In this document: piece after piece, positions 8,489-17,598 of the stretch
Layout of the letters: each line of letters opens with the position of its first letter
Position numbering within the stretch: position 1 is the stretch's first letter
Assembly (NCBI GenBank): GCA_016214545.1
Contig: JACROH010000003.1
Coordinates: 3,342-67,341, forward strand
From: Candidatus Lloydbacteria bacterium
GTDB lineage: Bacteria; Patescibacteriota; Minisyncoccia; Phycocordibacterales; 21-14-all-47-15
DNA length: 64,000 nucleotides
Direction of reading: 5' to 3'
Made by a program: the position numbers and the translations under genes
Notes under the pieces: model-generated
Told to the model about the DNA's origin: nothing
What the model saw: the letters and a program-made list of their open reading frames with translations, nothing else
Database searches by the model: none

Positions 8489-8941
8489 TTACCCGCGCAC
8501 CTCAAGAAGCGTCCCTCGGCGGCCCGGCACGGCACCGGACACCACGAGCATACGCGCTTCCGGATCAACCGCAAGTACGGTTAAATTTTTTACTTGAATC
8601 CGGGCATTTCCCATGCGGCCCGCCATGCGCATTCCTTTGATAACCCTGCCGCCGGCGCGTCCTCCGCCTCCAATAGAGCCCGGCTCTCGCTCGGAATGTC
8701 GAAATTCCCTGACGTTTTGGAAAGATCCTTTGTCCCCAAAGTGCCCTTTCTCTGCTTTGGTGAGACGTTTTGGATTCGTTTCCCCATATCCGACTTGCAC
8801 CGCAACGTACCCGTCTTTTTCTTTGCTGCGGACTTGCGTGACCACAATCGGTCCGGCAGAAATAACCGTCGCGGGGTGCACCGTTCCGTTCTCGTCGAAC
8901 ACTTGCGTCATGTATTGTTTTTTTCCAAGAATGTATTTCAT
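8489..8941 (-). CDS. rplC: 50S ribosomal protein uL3, unusually short (150 aa)
   Basis: N-terminus ILGKKQYMTQVFDENG and C-terminus GRMGNARIQVKNLTVLAVDPEARMLVVSGAVPG are canonical uL3. The central ~50 aa (the VDVTGxSKGKGFxG..KRH block) is absent. Confidence 0.9.
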   Translation of the reverse strand: MKYILGKKQYMTQVFDENGTVHPATVISAGPIVVTQVRSKEKDGYVAVQVGYGETNPKRLTKAEKGHFGDKGSFQNVREFRHSEREPGSIGGGGRAGGRVIKGMRMAGRMGNARIQVKNLTVLAVDPEARMLVVSGAVPGRRGTLLEVRG

Positions 8942-9006
8942 GTTTTAGAAAACAGAGCACTGAAATTAGATAATAGGAAATAACCTGCTACTTCCTTCTT
9001 TCTAAA

Positions 9007-9393
9007 TCAAAGCATCTTCACGTCAATATTTACCCCCGACGGCAAATTTAGGTTTGTCAGCGCTTCAATCACGTTTGCCGCAGGATTCAAGATATCAATC
9101 ACCCGCTTGTGCACTCGCATTTCAAATTGTTCTCGCGCATCTTTGTACACGAATGCAGCACGGTTAACCGTATATTTTTTAATTTCGGTCGGGAGAGGCA
9201 CCGGCCCTACAATAATCGCTCCGTAGCGAAGCGCCGTGTCGATAATTTGTTTTACCGAATTATCGAGCACTTTGTGTTCATAGGCCTGAACGCGAATGCG
9301 CAATTTTGCAACCGCCTCTTCTTTTTTAATCCGAGGCTTTGCTTTTGCTTTCGGAACTTTCGCGACTATTTTTGTTTTTGTTTCAGTGGGCAT
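9007..9393 (-). CDS. rpsJ: 30S ribosomal protein uS10 with Lys-rich N-terminal extension
   Basis: LRIRVQAYEHKVLD...PLPTEIKKYTVNRAAFVYKDAREQFEMRVHKRVIDI, preceded by about 25 extra K/A-rich residues. Confidence 0.93.
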   Translation of the reverse strand: MPTETKTKIVAKVPKAKAKPRIKKEEAVAKLRIRVQAYEHKVLDNSVKQIIDTALRYGAIIVGPVPLPTEIKKYTVNRAAFVYKDAREQFEMRVHKRVIDILNPAANVIEALTNLNLPSGVNIDVKML

Positions 9394-9422
9394 ACCGATA
9401 ACCGAGATAATACGGCGATTAT

Positions 9423-10616
9423 TTATTTGATGATTTTGGTTACAACTCCGGCACCGACAGTTTTGCCTCCTTCGCGGATAGCAAATCGCTGTTTTGCTTC
9501 AAGCGCAACCGGCGAAATAAGCTTTACCGTAAAGGTGACCGTGTCGCCCGGCATAACCATTTCACGTCCTTCCGGCAACGTAACTTCACCGGTAACGTCG
9601 GTCGTTCGGATATAGAATTGAGGCTTGTAGCCTTTGAAGAACGGGGTGTGTCGTCCTCCTTCTTCTTTCTTCAAGATATAGACTTCCGCTTCAAAGTCGG
9701 TGTGCGGCGTTACTGAGCCCGGTTTTGCAAGCACTTGTCCTCGGGTAATGTCTTCTTTTTTCGTTCCTCGGAGGAGAATTCCTGCGTTGTCGCCGGCCAT
9801 TCCTTCGTCGAGCGACTTATTGAACATTTCAATACCGGTAACGGTCGTTTTCGCCGTATCTTTGAGCCCAATGATTTCAATTTCCTCCCCTACTTTAATT
9901 TTTCCGCGTTCAATGCGTCCGGTGGCTACCGTACCGCGTCCTTCAATTGAGAAGATGTCTTCTACCGGCATAAGGAACGGCTTATCAACTTCACGAACCG
10001 GAATCGGAATATATTCATCGAGCGCTTTTGCCAAATCAAGAATTTTCTTTGCCCATTCGTCGTCAACCGATTTCGCTTCAAGCGCCTTAAGCGCCGAGCC
10101 GCGAATAACCGGCGCGGTATCTCCTTCGTACTGGTACTTGCTCAACAGTTCGCGAACTTCCGCCTCAACGAGGTCGATCAAATCAGGGTCGTCAACCATA
10201 TCTACTTTGTTTAAGAAGACGATGATTTTCGGCACTCCCACTTGGCGCGCGAGCAAAATGTGTTCGCGGGTCTGGGGCATAACGCCGTCGGTTGCGGCAA
10301 CCACCAAGATGGCTCCGTCCATTTGAGCGGCGCCCGTGATCATGTTTTTAATATAGTCGGCGTGTCCCGGCGCATCAATGTGCGCATAGTGACGAGCATC
10401 CGTTGAATACTCGTTGTGTGAAAGCGCGATGGTAATACCTCGAGCTTTTTCCTCCGGAGCCGAGTCAATTTGGTCAACTCCTTTTAGTTTTACTTGCTTG
10501 CCCGCCAAGTGCAATACATTGAGAATTGCGGCGGTAAGGGTGGTCTTGCCGTGGTCGACGTGGCCGATGGTGCCTACGTTTACGTGCGGCTTTGACCGAT
10601 CAAATGCTTCTGCCAT
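9423..10616 (-). CDS. tuf: Elongation factor Tu
   Basis: [18 protein letters not shown] and NKVD motifs; 397 aa. Confidence 0.98.
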   Translation of the reverse strand: MAEAFDRSKPHVNVGTIGHVDHGKTTLTAAILNVLHLAGKQVKLKGVDQIDSAPEEKARGITIALSHNEYSTDARHYAHIDAPGHADYIKNMITGAAQMDGAILVVAATDGVMPQTREHILLARQVGVPKIIVFLNKVDMVDDPDLIDLVEAEVRELLSKYQYEGDTAPVIRGSALKALEAKSVDDEWAKKILDLAKALDEYIPIPVREVDKPFLMPVEDIFSIEGRGTVATGRIERGKIKVGEEIEIIGLKDTAKTTVTGIEMFNKSLDEGMAGDNAGILLRGTKKEDITRGQVLAKPGSVTPHTDFEAEVYILKKEEGGRHTPFFKGYKPQFYIRTTDVTGEVTLPEGREMVMPGDTVTFTVKLISPVALEAKQRFAIREGGKTVGAGVVTKIIK

Positions 10617-10800
10617 AACGTTTTTTATAGCGGCGAAACATTACTCTGCGAGAACAAATGGGTAATGTTTTGCCGTTATGTAATTAATTATTAACGACTG
10701 ATAATACGTCGCCCGACGCATAGCCTTTCCTTCAACCGACATACGCAAGGGCATACGTCGAAAAAGCAAAAAAAAACGCGTTCATGCGATAGTTCTCGTA

Positions 10801-10829
10801 TCATAACGTAAGGGGAGTAAAATTGTCAA
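10801..10829 (-). promoter_or_regulatory. Sigma70-type promoter for tuf (TTGACA-17-TTATGA)
   Basis: RC of 10824..10829 is TTGACA; RC of 10801..10806 is TTATGA; spacing is exactly 17 nt. It would give a ~180-nt leader. Confidence 0.5.
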
Positions 10830-10898
10830 CCCCATTAGCGGTTTCTTTACACAAGAACCCCCGCACCGGAATCGGCGCGGGGGTATATGCTTATTTTC

Positions 10899-12098
10899 TT
10901 ATTTTCTCGGAGGTCTTGGTCCTTTCCGCGGAGGCTGAAATTCTTTTTTCAAGTTTTTCATGGCCGAAGAATCACGCTTCTCAATAACAACAGAAACGAC
11001 TTCTTTTTTCCCGTTTCTCCACACTTCAACGGGAACCGATGTCCCGGGATGCACGGCCGCAACCATTTTTGGCAATTCTTCCAAGGAAGATACCTCTTTG
11101 CCGTTGAAAGAAACGATAACGTCTTCGCGCTTGATGCCGCCTTTTTCAGCCGGCCCGCCGGAAACCACTTCTTTCACCAAGGCACCGGAATCACTTTCCA
11201 GCTTGAGCATTTGTGACAGCTCTTTCGTAAGCGGTTGAAACACGATGCCAAACCATCCGCGAGTCACACTGCCGCTTTCTTTGAGGCTGGCGATAATCTC
11301 TTTGATGAGATTGCTCGGAACGGCAAAACCAATGCCGACATTTCCTTCCCCGCCTCTTCCGCTCAAAATCGCGGTGTTCATTCCGATAACCTTGCCGTTA
11401 GTATCAATAAGCGGTCCGCCGCTATTGCCGGGGTTTATAGAGGCATCAGTCTGGATATAGTTGTCGTAAACATCACCGCTTACTTGACGGCGATTTTTCG
11501 CGCTAACAATTCCGGTTGTAACCGAGCCACTGAGACCAAACGGGCTGCCAATAGCCATCACCGGTTCTCCCACCTCAAGGGTATCTGAATCCCCCATTGA
11601 AAGAGAGGGGAACGACGCCCCCTCTATTTTAATGAGGGCAATGTCTGTTTCTGGGTCAGTGCCGATTGTTTTTGCCGGGTACTCCTTTTTCCCGACAAAC
11701 ACGGATATTTTTGCGGCACCCTCTACCACATGATTGTTGGTGACGATATATCCATCGGCGCTAATGATAAACCCGGAGCCTGAGCTAGGACCGCTGCGCG
11801 GCTGTTCAGGCTGATTAGGATCCATCTGGTCAGGTCCGCCAAACGGCGAGAAGGGAGAATCTTTTCCCTTTGGGTCAACAGGGACTTCCGAATGCTCCTT
11901 TTCTTGTTCCTGCCCGGGGAAAGACGTGTGCTCTACCTGAATGCTGACCACTGCCGGTAAAGATTTTTTTGCCATATCTACGAATGTTTTGACGGTGACC
12001 GGTTTGTTCGGGTCTCCGCTCATTCCAGACGCCTGATTCGATAAACCGAATGATATTAAAAACAGTGCGGTTGCTATTGCCAGAGAAGATTTCTTCAT
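10899..12098 (-). CDS. htrA: HtrA/DegP-family serine protease with PDZ domain
   Basis: Track ORF runs to 12194. I use the ATG at 12098 (MKKSSLAIATALFL, signal peptide), which is preceded by AAGGAGG. Has GNSGGPL catalytic Ser motif, a trypsin-like core and a C-terminal PDZ-like region. Confidence 0.88.
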   Translation of the reverse strand: MKKSSLAIATALFLISFGLSNQASGMSGDPNKPVTVKTFVDMAKKSLPAVVSIQVEHTSFPGQEQEKEHSEVPVDPKGKDSPFSPFGGPDQMDPNQPEQPRSGPSSGSGFIISADGYIVTNNHVVEGAAKISVFVGKKEYPAKTIGTDPETDIALIKIEGASFPSLSMGDSDTLEVGEPVMAIGSPFGLSGSVTTGIVSAKNRRQVSGDVYDNYIQTDASINPGNSGGPLIDTNGKVIGMNTAILSGRGGEGNVGIGFAVPSNLIKEIIASLKESGSVTRGWFGIVFQPLTKELSQMLKLESDSGALVKEVVSGGPAEKGGIKREDVIVSFNGKEVSSLEELPKMVAAVHPGTSVPVEVWRNGKKEVVSVVIEKRDSSAMKNLKKEFQPPRKGPRPPRK

Positions 12099-12206
12099 GG
12101 TGGCCTCCTTATGTTTAAAGACAAAAAACATCTCGTACGCTTCTATCTCAGAGCTATAGGAAAAGAGCGGGAATGTCAATAACACAAGCTCCAATCATAA
12201 CCTAAT

Positions 12207-12247
12207 CAAAAAACCGCCTGGACATTGGGCGTCCAAGCGGTTTTTTT
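12207..12247 (-). terminator. Terminator after fusA
   Basis: CCGCCTGGAC/GTCCAAGCGG stem (one G.U pair), flanked by A-run and T-run. Confidence 0.75.
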
Positions 12248-12264
12248 CTAACTAGCCAGCTTGA

Positions 12265-14403
12265 TTATTTTCTCGCTTCAATAATCGTCTGAGCCACATT
12301 TTGCGGAACAATCGCATAGCTATCAAATTCCATGACGTAGTTTGCGCGGCCTTCAGTGAGCGAACGGAGCGTCGTGATATAGCCAAACATTTCCGAGAGC
12401 GGCACTTTTGCTTTGATGACCTTAAACATGGCGCGGTCTTCCATTCCTTCAATCTGCGCGCGGCGCGAACTCAAGTTGCCGGTGATATCACCCATGAATT
12501 TTTCAGGGGTAGACACCTCCACGCGCATAATCGGCTCAAGAAGCACCGGCTTGGCTCGTTTTGCCGCATCTTGAAACGCCATTGACGCCGCGATTTTGAA
12601 AGCAATTTCCGAAGAGTCCACATCATGGAACGAACCGTCGTACAGCTCAACCGAAATATCGGTCATCTTGTAGCCGGCGACAACGCCGCGCTCCATTCCT
12701 TCTTTGATTCCTTTTTCAGACGGCGCAATAAATTCCTGCGGAATAACTCCTCCTTTGATCGAGTCGATAAATTCAAACCCGGGATACCGTTTAATATTTT
12801 TCGGAATCTTCGCTTCGGGGTCGAGCTTCTCAAGCGGCTTGATACGAATTCTCACATGCCCATACTGTCCGCGTCCGCCTGATTGCTTGATGTATTTGCC
12901 TTCCGCTTCCGCCGGTATCGTGATGGTTTCTTTGTATGCCACCTGCGGCTTGCCGACATTGGCTTCCACTTTGAATTCCCGCTTCATGCGGTCAACGATG
13001 ACGTCGAGATGAAGTTCTCCCATTCCCCAAATGACGGTTTCGAGTGTTTCTGGGTCGGAGGTAATGCGAAACGTCGGGTCTTCGTCGGAGAGACGTTTCA
13101 AAGCCATTCCCATTTTTTCCTGGTCAGCTTTTGTTTTTGGCTCAATACGCATTGATACCACCGGCTCCGGGAATACAATCTTCTCAAGAATAATCGGGTG
13201 CGCTTCGTCGCAGAGCGTATCTCCCGTGGTCGTATCTTTCAGCCCCACCGCGGCGGCAATTTCTCCCGCGTATACTTTCTTCACTTCTTCACGATGGTTT
13301 GCGTGCATCCGCAATATTCGGCCCACGCGTTCTTTTTTATCTTTGCTTGAGTTGTAGACATACGAGCCTGATTCAAGCGTTCCTGAGTAGACGCGGAAAT
13401 AGGTGAGCTGCCCCACAAACGGGTCGGACCACAATTTGAAAGCGAGCGCCGAGAACGGCTCTTCATCGCTTGAGTGGCGCACTTCTTCCTTGTCGGTTTC
13501 CGGATTGATGCCCTTGAACGGCGGAATATCGAGCGGCGACGGCAAGTAATCAACCACTCCGTCGAGCACAAGCTGCACGCCGATATTTTTCAACGCCGAG
13601 CCGGTAAACACCGGTACAAGGGCGCCCGTGAGCGTCGCCTTGCGCAAGGTTTGCTTCAAATCAGCCAAAGGAATTTCCTTCCCTTCCAAATAGGCATTCA
13701 TTTGCGTCTCGTTGTTTTCAACGATTTTTTCAATAAGTTCACTGCGATATTTTTCTGCGTCGGATTTCAATTCATCGGGTATAGGAATTTCTTTTATTTC
13801 ATTTCCCATGTTCCCCTCAAAAATAAACGCTTTCATCGTAAGCAAATCAACAACCCCGCGGTGTTTTTCCTCTTCGCCGATGGGAATCTGCATCCGCACC
13901 GCGTGTTTGGTGAGACGGTCAAGAATTGTATGGTACGAACGCTCAAAAGAGGCACCCGTACGGTCTAATTTATTTATAAAACAAATGCGCGGCACATGAT
14001 ATTTATCTGCTTGCCTCCACACCGTTTCGGATTGAGGCTCAACGCCCGCGACTCCGTCAAATACAACAACGCCGCCGTCGAGCACCTTGAGCGAGCGCTC
14101 CACCTCCACGGTAAAATCGACGTGTCCGGGCGTATCAATAATGTTGATGCGATGTTTAAAAGACTGGTCTTTGTTCGCATACGTCGGCGTCCAGAAAGCC
14201 GTGGTCGCCGCCGAGGTAATCGTAATGCCGCGCTCCCGCTCCTGCTCCATCCAATCCATCACCGCGGCTCCTTCATGCACTTCGCCGATTTTATGCGACA
14301 CGCCGGTATAAAAAAGAACCCGCTCGGTAGTGGTTGTTTTCCCCGCATCAATGTGTGCGATAATGCCGATATTTCGTACTTTTTCCAGTGGATAATCTCT
14401 CAT
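12265..14403 (-). CDS. fusA: Elongation factor G
   Basis: [12 protein letters not shown] and DTPGHVDF motifs; 712 aa. Confidence 0.98.
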   Translation of the reverse strand: MRDYPLEKVRNIGIIAHIDAGKTTTTERVLFYTGVSHKIGEVHEGAAVMDWMEQERERGITITSAATTAFWTPTYANKDQSFKHRINIIDTPGHVDFTVEVERSLKVLDGGVVVFDGVAGVEPQSETVWRQADKYHVPRICFINKLDRTGASFERSYHTILDRLTKHAVRMQIPIGEEEKHRGVVDLLTMKAFIFEGNMGNEIKEIPIPDELKSDAEKYRSELIEKIVENNETQMNAYLEGKEIPLADLKQTLRKATLTGALVPVFTGSALKNIGVQLVLDGVVDYLPSPLDIPPFKGINPETDKEEVRHSSDEEPFSALAFKLWSDPFVGQLTYFRVYSGTLESGSYVYNSSKDKKERVGRILRMHANHREEVKKVYAGEIAAAVGLKDTTTGDTLCDEAHPIILEKIVFPEPVVSMRIEPKTKADQEKMGMALKRLSDEDPTFRITSDPETLETVIWGMGELHLDVIVDRMKREFKVEANVGKPQVAYKETITIPAEAEGKYIKQSGGRGQYGHVRIRIKPLEKLDPEAKIPKNIKRYPGFEFIDSIKGGVIPQEFIAPSEKGIKEGMERGVVAGYKMTDISVELYDGSFHDVDSSEIAFKIAASMAFQDAAKRAKPVLLEPIMRVEVSTPEKFMGDITGNLSSRRAQIEGMEDRAMFKVIKAKVPLSEMFGYITTLRSLTEGRANYVMEFDSYAIVPQNVAQTIIEARK

Positions 14404-14415
14404 GTTTAGCTTTTT

Positions 14416-14495
14416 AGCTTGTTAGGTTTTAGCTTGTTAGGAAATTTGCAAAAAAATAATGCCTAACTAGCTAATAAGCTAAGACCTAACAGGCT
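14416..14495 (-). promoter_or_regulatory. Long imperfect inverted repeat filling the rpsG-fusA spacer
   Basis: AGCTTGTTAGG occurs twice (14416..14426 and 14431..14441), facing CCTAACTAGCT (14462..14472) and CCTAACAGGCT (14485..14495). As RNA this is a two-segment stem of about 25 bp. Confidence 0.5.
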
Positions 14496-14500
14496 GATTT

Positions 14501-14971
14501 TTACCACGCAAAATGGGCAAATGCTTTGTTCGCCTCGGCCATTTTGTGTGTGTTTTCTCTTTTCTTGACCGCCTCGCCTTCGTTTTTGCTTGCGGCAATC
14601 AACTCGTCGGCAAGCCGGCGGTGCATCGGCACTCCTTTTTTTGCGCGAGCTGATTCCACAATCCAACGCATGGCAAGCGAGAGCCTGCGTTCGGCGCGCA
14701 CCTCGCGCGGCACTTGGTAGTTGGCACCTCCGACACGGCGAGAGCGGACTTCCATGAGCGGGCCGACATTTTTAACCGCTTCCTCAAAAATTTCAATGGG
14801 ATTTTCTGTCTTTGCTTTTTCCTTTATCAAATCAAACGCATCGTACACGACGTTTCGTGCCGCATTTTTTTTGCCGCGGGTCATGAGGTAATTGATAAAC
14901 TTCCCCACCTTTGGAGAATTATACACACGGTCCGGTCCCGGAATATTTCTGTTTTTAACTGGTCTTCGCAT
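14501..14971 (-). CDS. rpsG: 30S ribosomal protein uS7
   Basis: Typical uS7 sequence (PDRVYNSPKVGKFINYLM..., VRSRRVGGANYQVP). Confidence 0.96.
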   Translation of the reverse strand: MRRPVKNRNIPGPDRVYNSPKVGKFINYLMTRGKKNAARNVVYDAFDLIKEKAKTENPIEIFEEAVKNVGPLMEVRSRRVGGANYQVPREVRAERRLSLAMRWIVESARAKKGVPMHRRLADELIAASKNEGEAVKKRENTHKMAEANKAFAHFAW

Positions 14972-14979
14972 AGATTATA

Positions 14980-15393
14980 TTATTTTGCTTTTGGGCGTTT
15001 TGCGCCGTATTGGCTTCGTCCTTTCATGCGTTTATCAACACCTGTTGCGTCGAGCTTGCCGCGCACGATTGTGTAGCGTACGCCGATGTCTTTCACGCGT
15101 CCTCCGCGGACAACCACCACCGAGTGCTCCTGCAGCGCATGCCCGATGCCGGGAATATACGCAGTAATTTCCATGCCGTTCGTCAGACGAACACGGGCAA
15201 CTTTTCGGATAGCCGAGTTTGGTTTTTTGGGAGTCGTCGTCGTCACCTTGGTGCACACGCCGCGCTTAAAGGGCGACGGATAAAAAATCGGGCGATTTTT
15301 GAGCGTATTAAAACCACGAGCCAAAGCGACCGCTTTTGACTTTCTTGCCACATTTCTTCGCTTGTTTTTTACTAACTGATTAATCGTTGACAT
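14980..15393 (-). CDS. rpsL: 30S ribosomal protein uS12
   Basis: [19 protein letters not shown] motif. Confidence 0.97.
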   Translation of the reverse strand: MSTINQLVKNKRRNVARKSKAVALARGFNTLKNRPIFYPSPFKRGVCTKVTTTTPKKPNSAIRKVARVRLTNGMEITAYIPGIGHALQEHSVVVVRGGRVKDIGVRYTIVRGKLDATGVDKRMKGRSQYGAKRPKAK

Positions 15394-15510
15394 GCTAATT
15401 TGTTGCTTTGGCTTTATTCTTCAATCAAGTACCTGTAAAGATAATATATAACCTCAAAAAAGGCAAGCTGAAAAATTCCGCCCTGCGGGCTTGGCTGAAA
15501 TACGCTCTAT

Positions 15511-16134
15511 TTATAGGAAAGCGCCGCCGGTAATCAGCCGAAACAGCCAATAAACCATCGGGACGACATATTGCCAAAAAAAGAGAACAAACAAAAGAAT
15601 AATAAAGAGAGAATATCGCTCAAAAAATTCCTGCACCGCGTGAAAGCGAAACGGCAGAAGCGCAAAAAGGACTTTCGAACCGTCGAGCGGCGGGATAGGC
15701 ACCAAATTAAACACTGCGAGCAAAATATTGATAAACACAATGAGCGCAACAATAGGGGCCGCCGATGGCGAAAAGACTCCTGAAGCAATCCCAAACCGCA
15801 TCGCGAGCCCAAACACGAGCGCGATGGTAAGATTCATTGCCGGACCCGCAAACCCGACAAACGCTTCTCCCCACTTGCCTCCGCGGACGTTGTATGGATT
15901 ATACGGTACCGGTTTCGCCCAACCAAAGATAAAGCCGCCAAGAAAAAAAGTTATGACGGGCACGATAAACGAACCGACGAGATCGAGATGTTTTATCGGA
16001 TTAAGCGAAAGCCGACCGGCGAGACGCGCCGTCGGATCGCCTAAACTATCGGCGGCGTATCCGTGAGACACTTCGTGCGCAATCACCGACATGATAAGAA
16101 TGGCGATTGAGAAAATGAAATCAAAACCTTGCAT
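15511..16134 (-). CDS. Site-2 protease family (peptidase M50-like) membrane metalloprotease
   Basis: HEVSHG (HExxH) inside a TM helix, and NLVPIPPLDGSKV near the C-terminus. Confidence 0.8.
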   Translation of the reverse strand: MQGFDFIFSIAILIMSVIAHEVSHGYAADSLGDPTARLAGRLSLNPIKHLDLVGSFIVPVITFFLGGFIFGWAKPVPYNPYNVRGGKWGEAFVGFAGPAMNLTIALVFGLAMRFGIASGVFSPSAAPIVALIVFINILLAVFNLVPIPPLDGSKVLFALLPFRFHAVQEFFERYSLFIILLFVLFFWQYVVPMVYWLFRLITGGAFL

Positions 16135-16177
16135 AATGTATTTTTTATGCTACCATGAAACTTCTAAACATAAAAAC

Positions 16178-16393
16178 ATGGCAAAAGCATGCGTTATCTG
16201 CGAAAAAAGTTCTCAAATGGGCGGCGGCTACTCAAATCGTGTTCGCGCTACCCAATTTAACCCCACCGGCAAACGCCGAAGGAAACCCAACCTCCAGTGG
16301 GCAACCCTTTCGTCGGGAGGGCGCATAAAAATCTGCACCCGATGCCTCAAAGCAAGCAAGCATCTCTCGTATAAAAGTAAAAAGGGGAAATAA
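16178..16393 (+). CDS. rpmB: 50S ribosomal protein bL28
   Basis: Start moved to the ATG at 16178 (MAKACVICEKSSQMGGGYSNRVRATQ...RRRKPNLQ); the track ORF begins at 16091. Confidence 0.8.
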   Translation: MAKACVICEKSSQMGGGYSNRVRATQFNPTGKRRRKPNLQWATLSSGGRIKICTRCLKASKHLSYKSKKGK

Positions 16394-16402
16394 AATAGAA
16401 AA

Positions 16403-16440
16403 AACCGTTCTGCAATAAACAGAGCGGTTTTTTGTTTTTT
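16403..16440. terminator. Terminator after rpmB, shared with the convergent gene
   Basis: AACCGTTCTG/CAGAGCGGTT stem plus a T-run. Confidence 0.7.
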
Positions 16441-16450
16441 AGTCACATTA

Positions 16451-16888
16451 CTAATTAAAAAAGAGCATACTTCCAGTTATTGCGGTACCGATAAAAAGCG
16501 CTATCGACGTGTGAGCAATTTTTTTGTGCAACAGAAGATTTTTTGTGCCCGTTATTTTGAAGCGCAAAAGAAGTAGCGTGCAAAGAAACGGAATTGCAAA
16601 AAAAAGATGCGCCCAGAAAAGCTCCGGCGCACGATCGGCAAATCCCCCAAGACGCACTTTCATTTCAATAAAAAGAACTGCGGCCGCCAAACTTAGCAAT
16701 GTGTAGTTGGCATACTGCCGATGTCCTTGTTTCCAATATTTAAAACAAGAGCGAGAAGATTCCGGCATCTCATCATCCCCTGCCATTGTTTTTCCGCTGA
16801 AAATCGTCGCGCCAAACATCCCCGTAAACACAATAGCCGCAATCAGAAAACAAAAATTCAACAAATTAAAAAGAACGACATTCTCCAC
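16451..16888 (-). CDS. Hypothetical integral membrane protein (about 4 TM)
   Basis: Hydrophobic-helix pattern only; no family recognised. Confidence 0.45.
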   Translation of the reverse strand: MENVVLFNLLNFCFLIAAIVFTGMFGATIFSGKTMAGDDEMPESSRSCFKYWKQGHRQYANYTLLSLAAAVLFIEMKVRLGGFADRAPELFWAHLFFAIPFLCTLLLLRFKITGTKNLLLHKKIAHTSIALFIGTAITGSMLFFN

Positions 16889-17005
16889 AGAAACCTCCTC
16901 TGCAAAATGGTTATTCTATTTTCTATAAGAAAGCATACACACAAAATCCATATACGCAACGGATACTTGCATACGTAACATACATCATTGCGACGTATTA
17001 TTGAG

Positions 17006-17581
17006 TTATTTATAACGAGCTTTCTTTTTATAATAAGAGTTGGCTAGACGGCTTAAAAGAATAAAGACACTGACACTAATAAGCAGCCCGATTTCTGCAA
17101 ACCGAAGATATTTTTTAAACAAGCCGATCGCCGCAGAAAATAATACGGCGCAAATGCCGACAACGATTATCCACAAGAGAGACGCGGCAACTTCCATTTT
17201 TATAAATGTATACAAATCTATCCCCGCTTCTTTGGCGCGCAATAATGTCGGGCGATGCAATCCATAAGTAAATTTTGAAAACAAAAGCGTGGCAAAAGGG
17301 CGCGCAGACAAATGGGTATCAATCGTTTTTGATGCCGGACGCAGGCACGCCGGTATCCATCCGCGCCGTTCAAGATAGGCGCCGGCAAAATACCAGAGGA
17401 TATCGCCTATGATAACTCCGGAAACTACAAAAAATAAGGTGTCATAAAAATCAATCACTCCCGATGAGGCGAGAAAAAAAGCGGTAAACAAAACGATCTC
17501 CCCTTCAAACAACATACCGATAAAGACAAGAAAGTACGTAAGAAACCGCCATGACGGTTCGTGCAGTAAAAGTGTTTCCAT
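17006..17581 (-). CDS. DedA/VTT-domain membrane protein
   Basis: FEGEIVLFTAFFLASSG...GDILWYFAGAYLER, typical of the DedA family. Confidence 0.65.
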   Translation of the reverse strand: METLLLHEPSWRFLTYFLVFIGMLFEGEIVLFTAFFLASSGVIDFYDTLFFVVSGVIIGDILWYFAGAYLERRGWIPACLRPASKTIDTHLSARPFATLLFSKFTYGLHRPTLLRAKEAGIDLYTFIKMEVAASLLWIIVVGICAVLFSAAIGLFKKYLRFAEIGLLISVSVFILLSRLANSYYKKKARYK

Positions 17582-17598
17582 ATCGATTGATAAAAAAA

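Noticed and set aside
8565-8960. Alternative-frame ORFs overlapping rplC (8565..8960, 8590..8847, 8594..8983), considered as signs that uL3 is frameshifted.
   Set aside because: The rpsJ-rplD interval is only 545 nt, so a full-length uL3 cannot fit in any frame combination. The alternative frames give Arg/Gly-rich nonsense typical of shadow ORFs.
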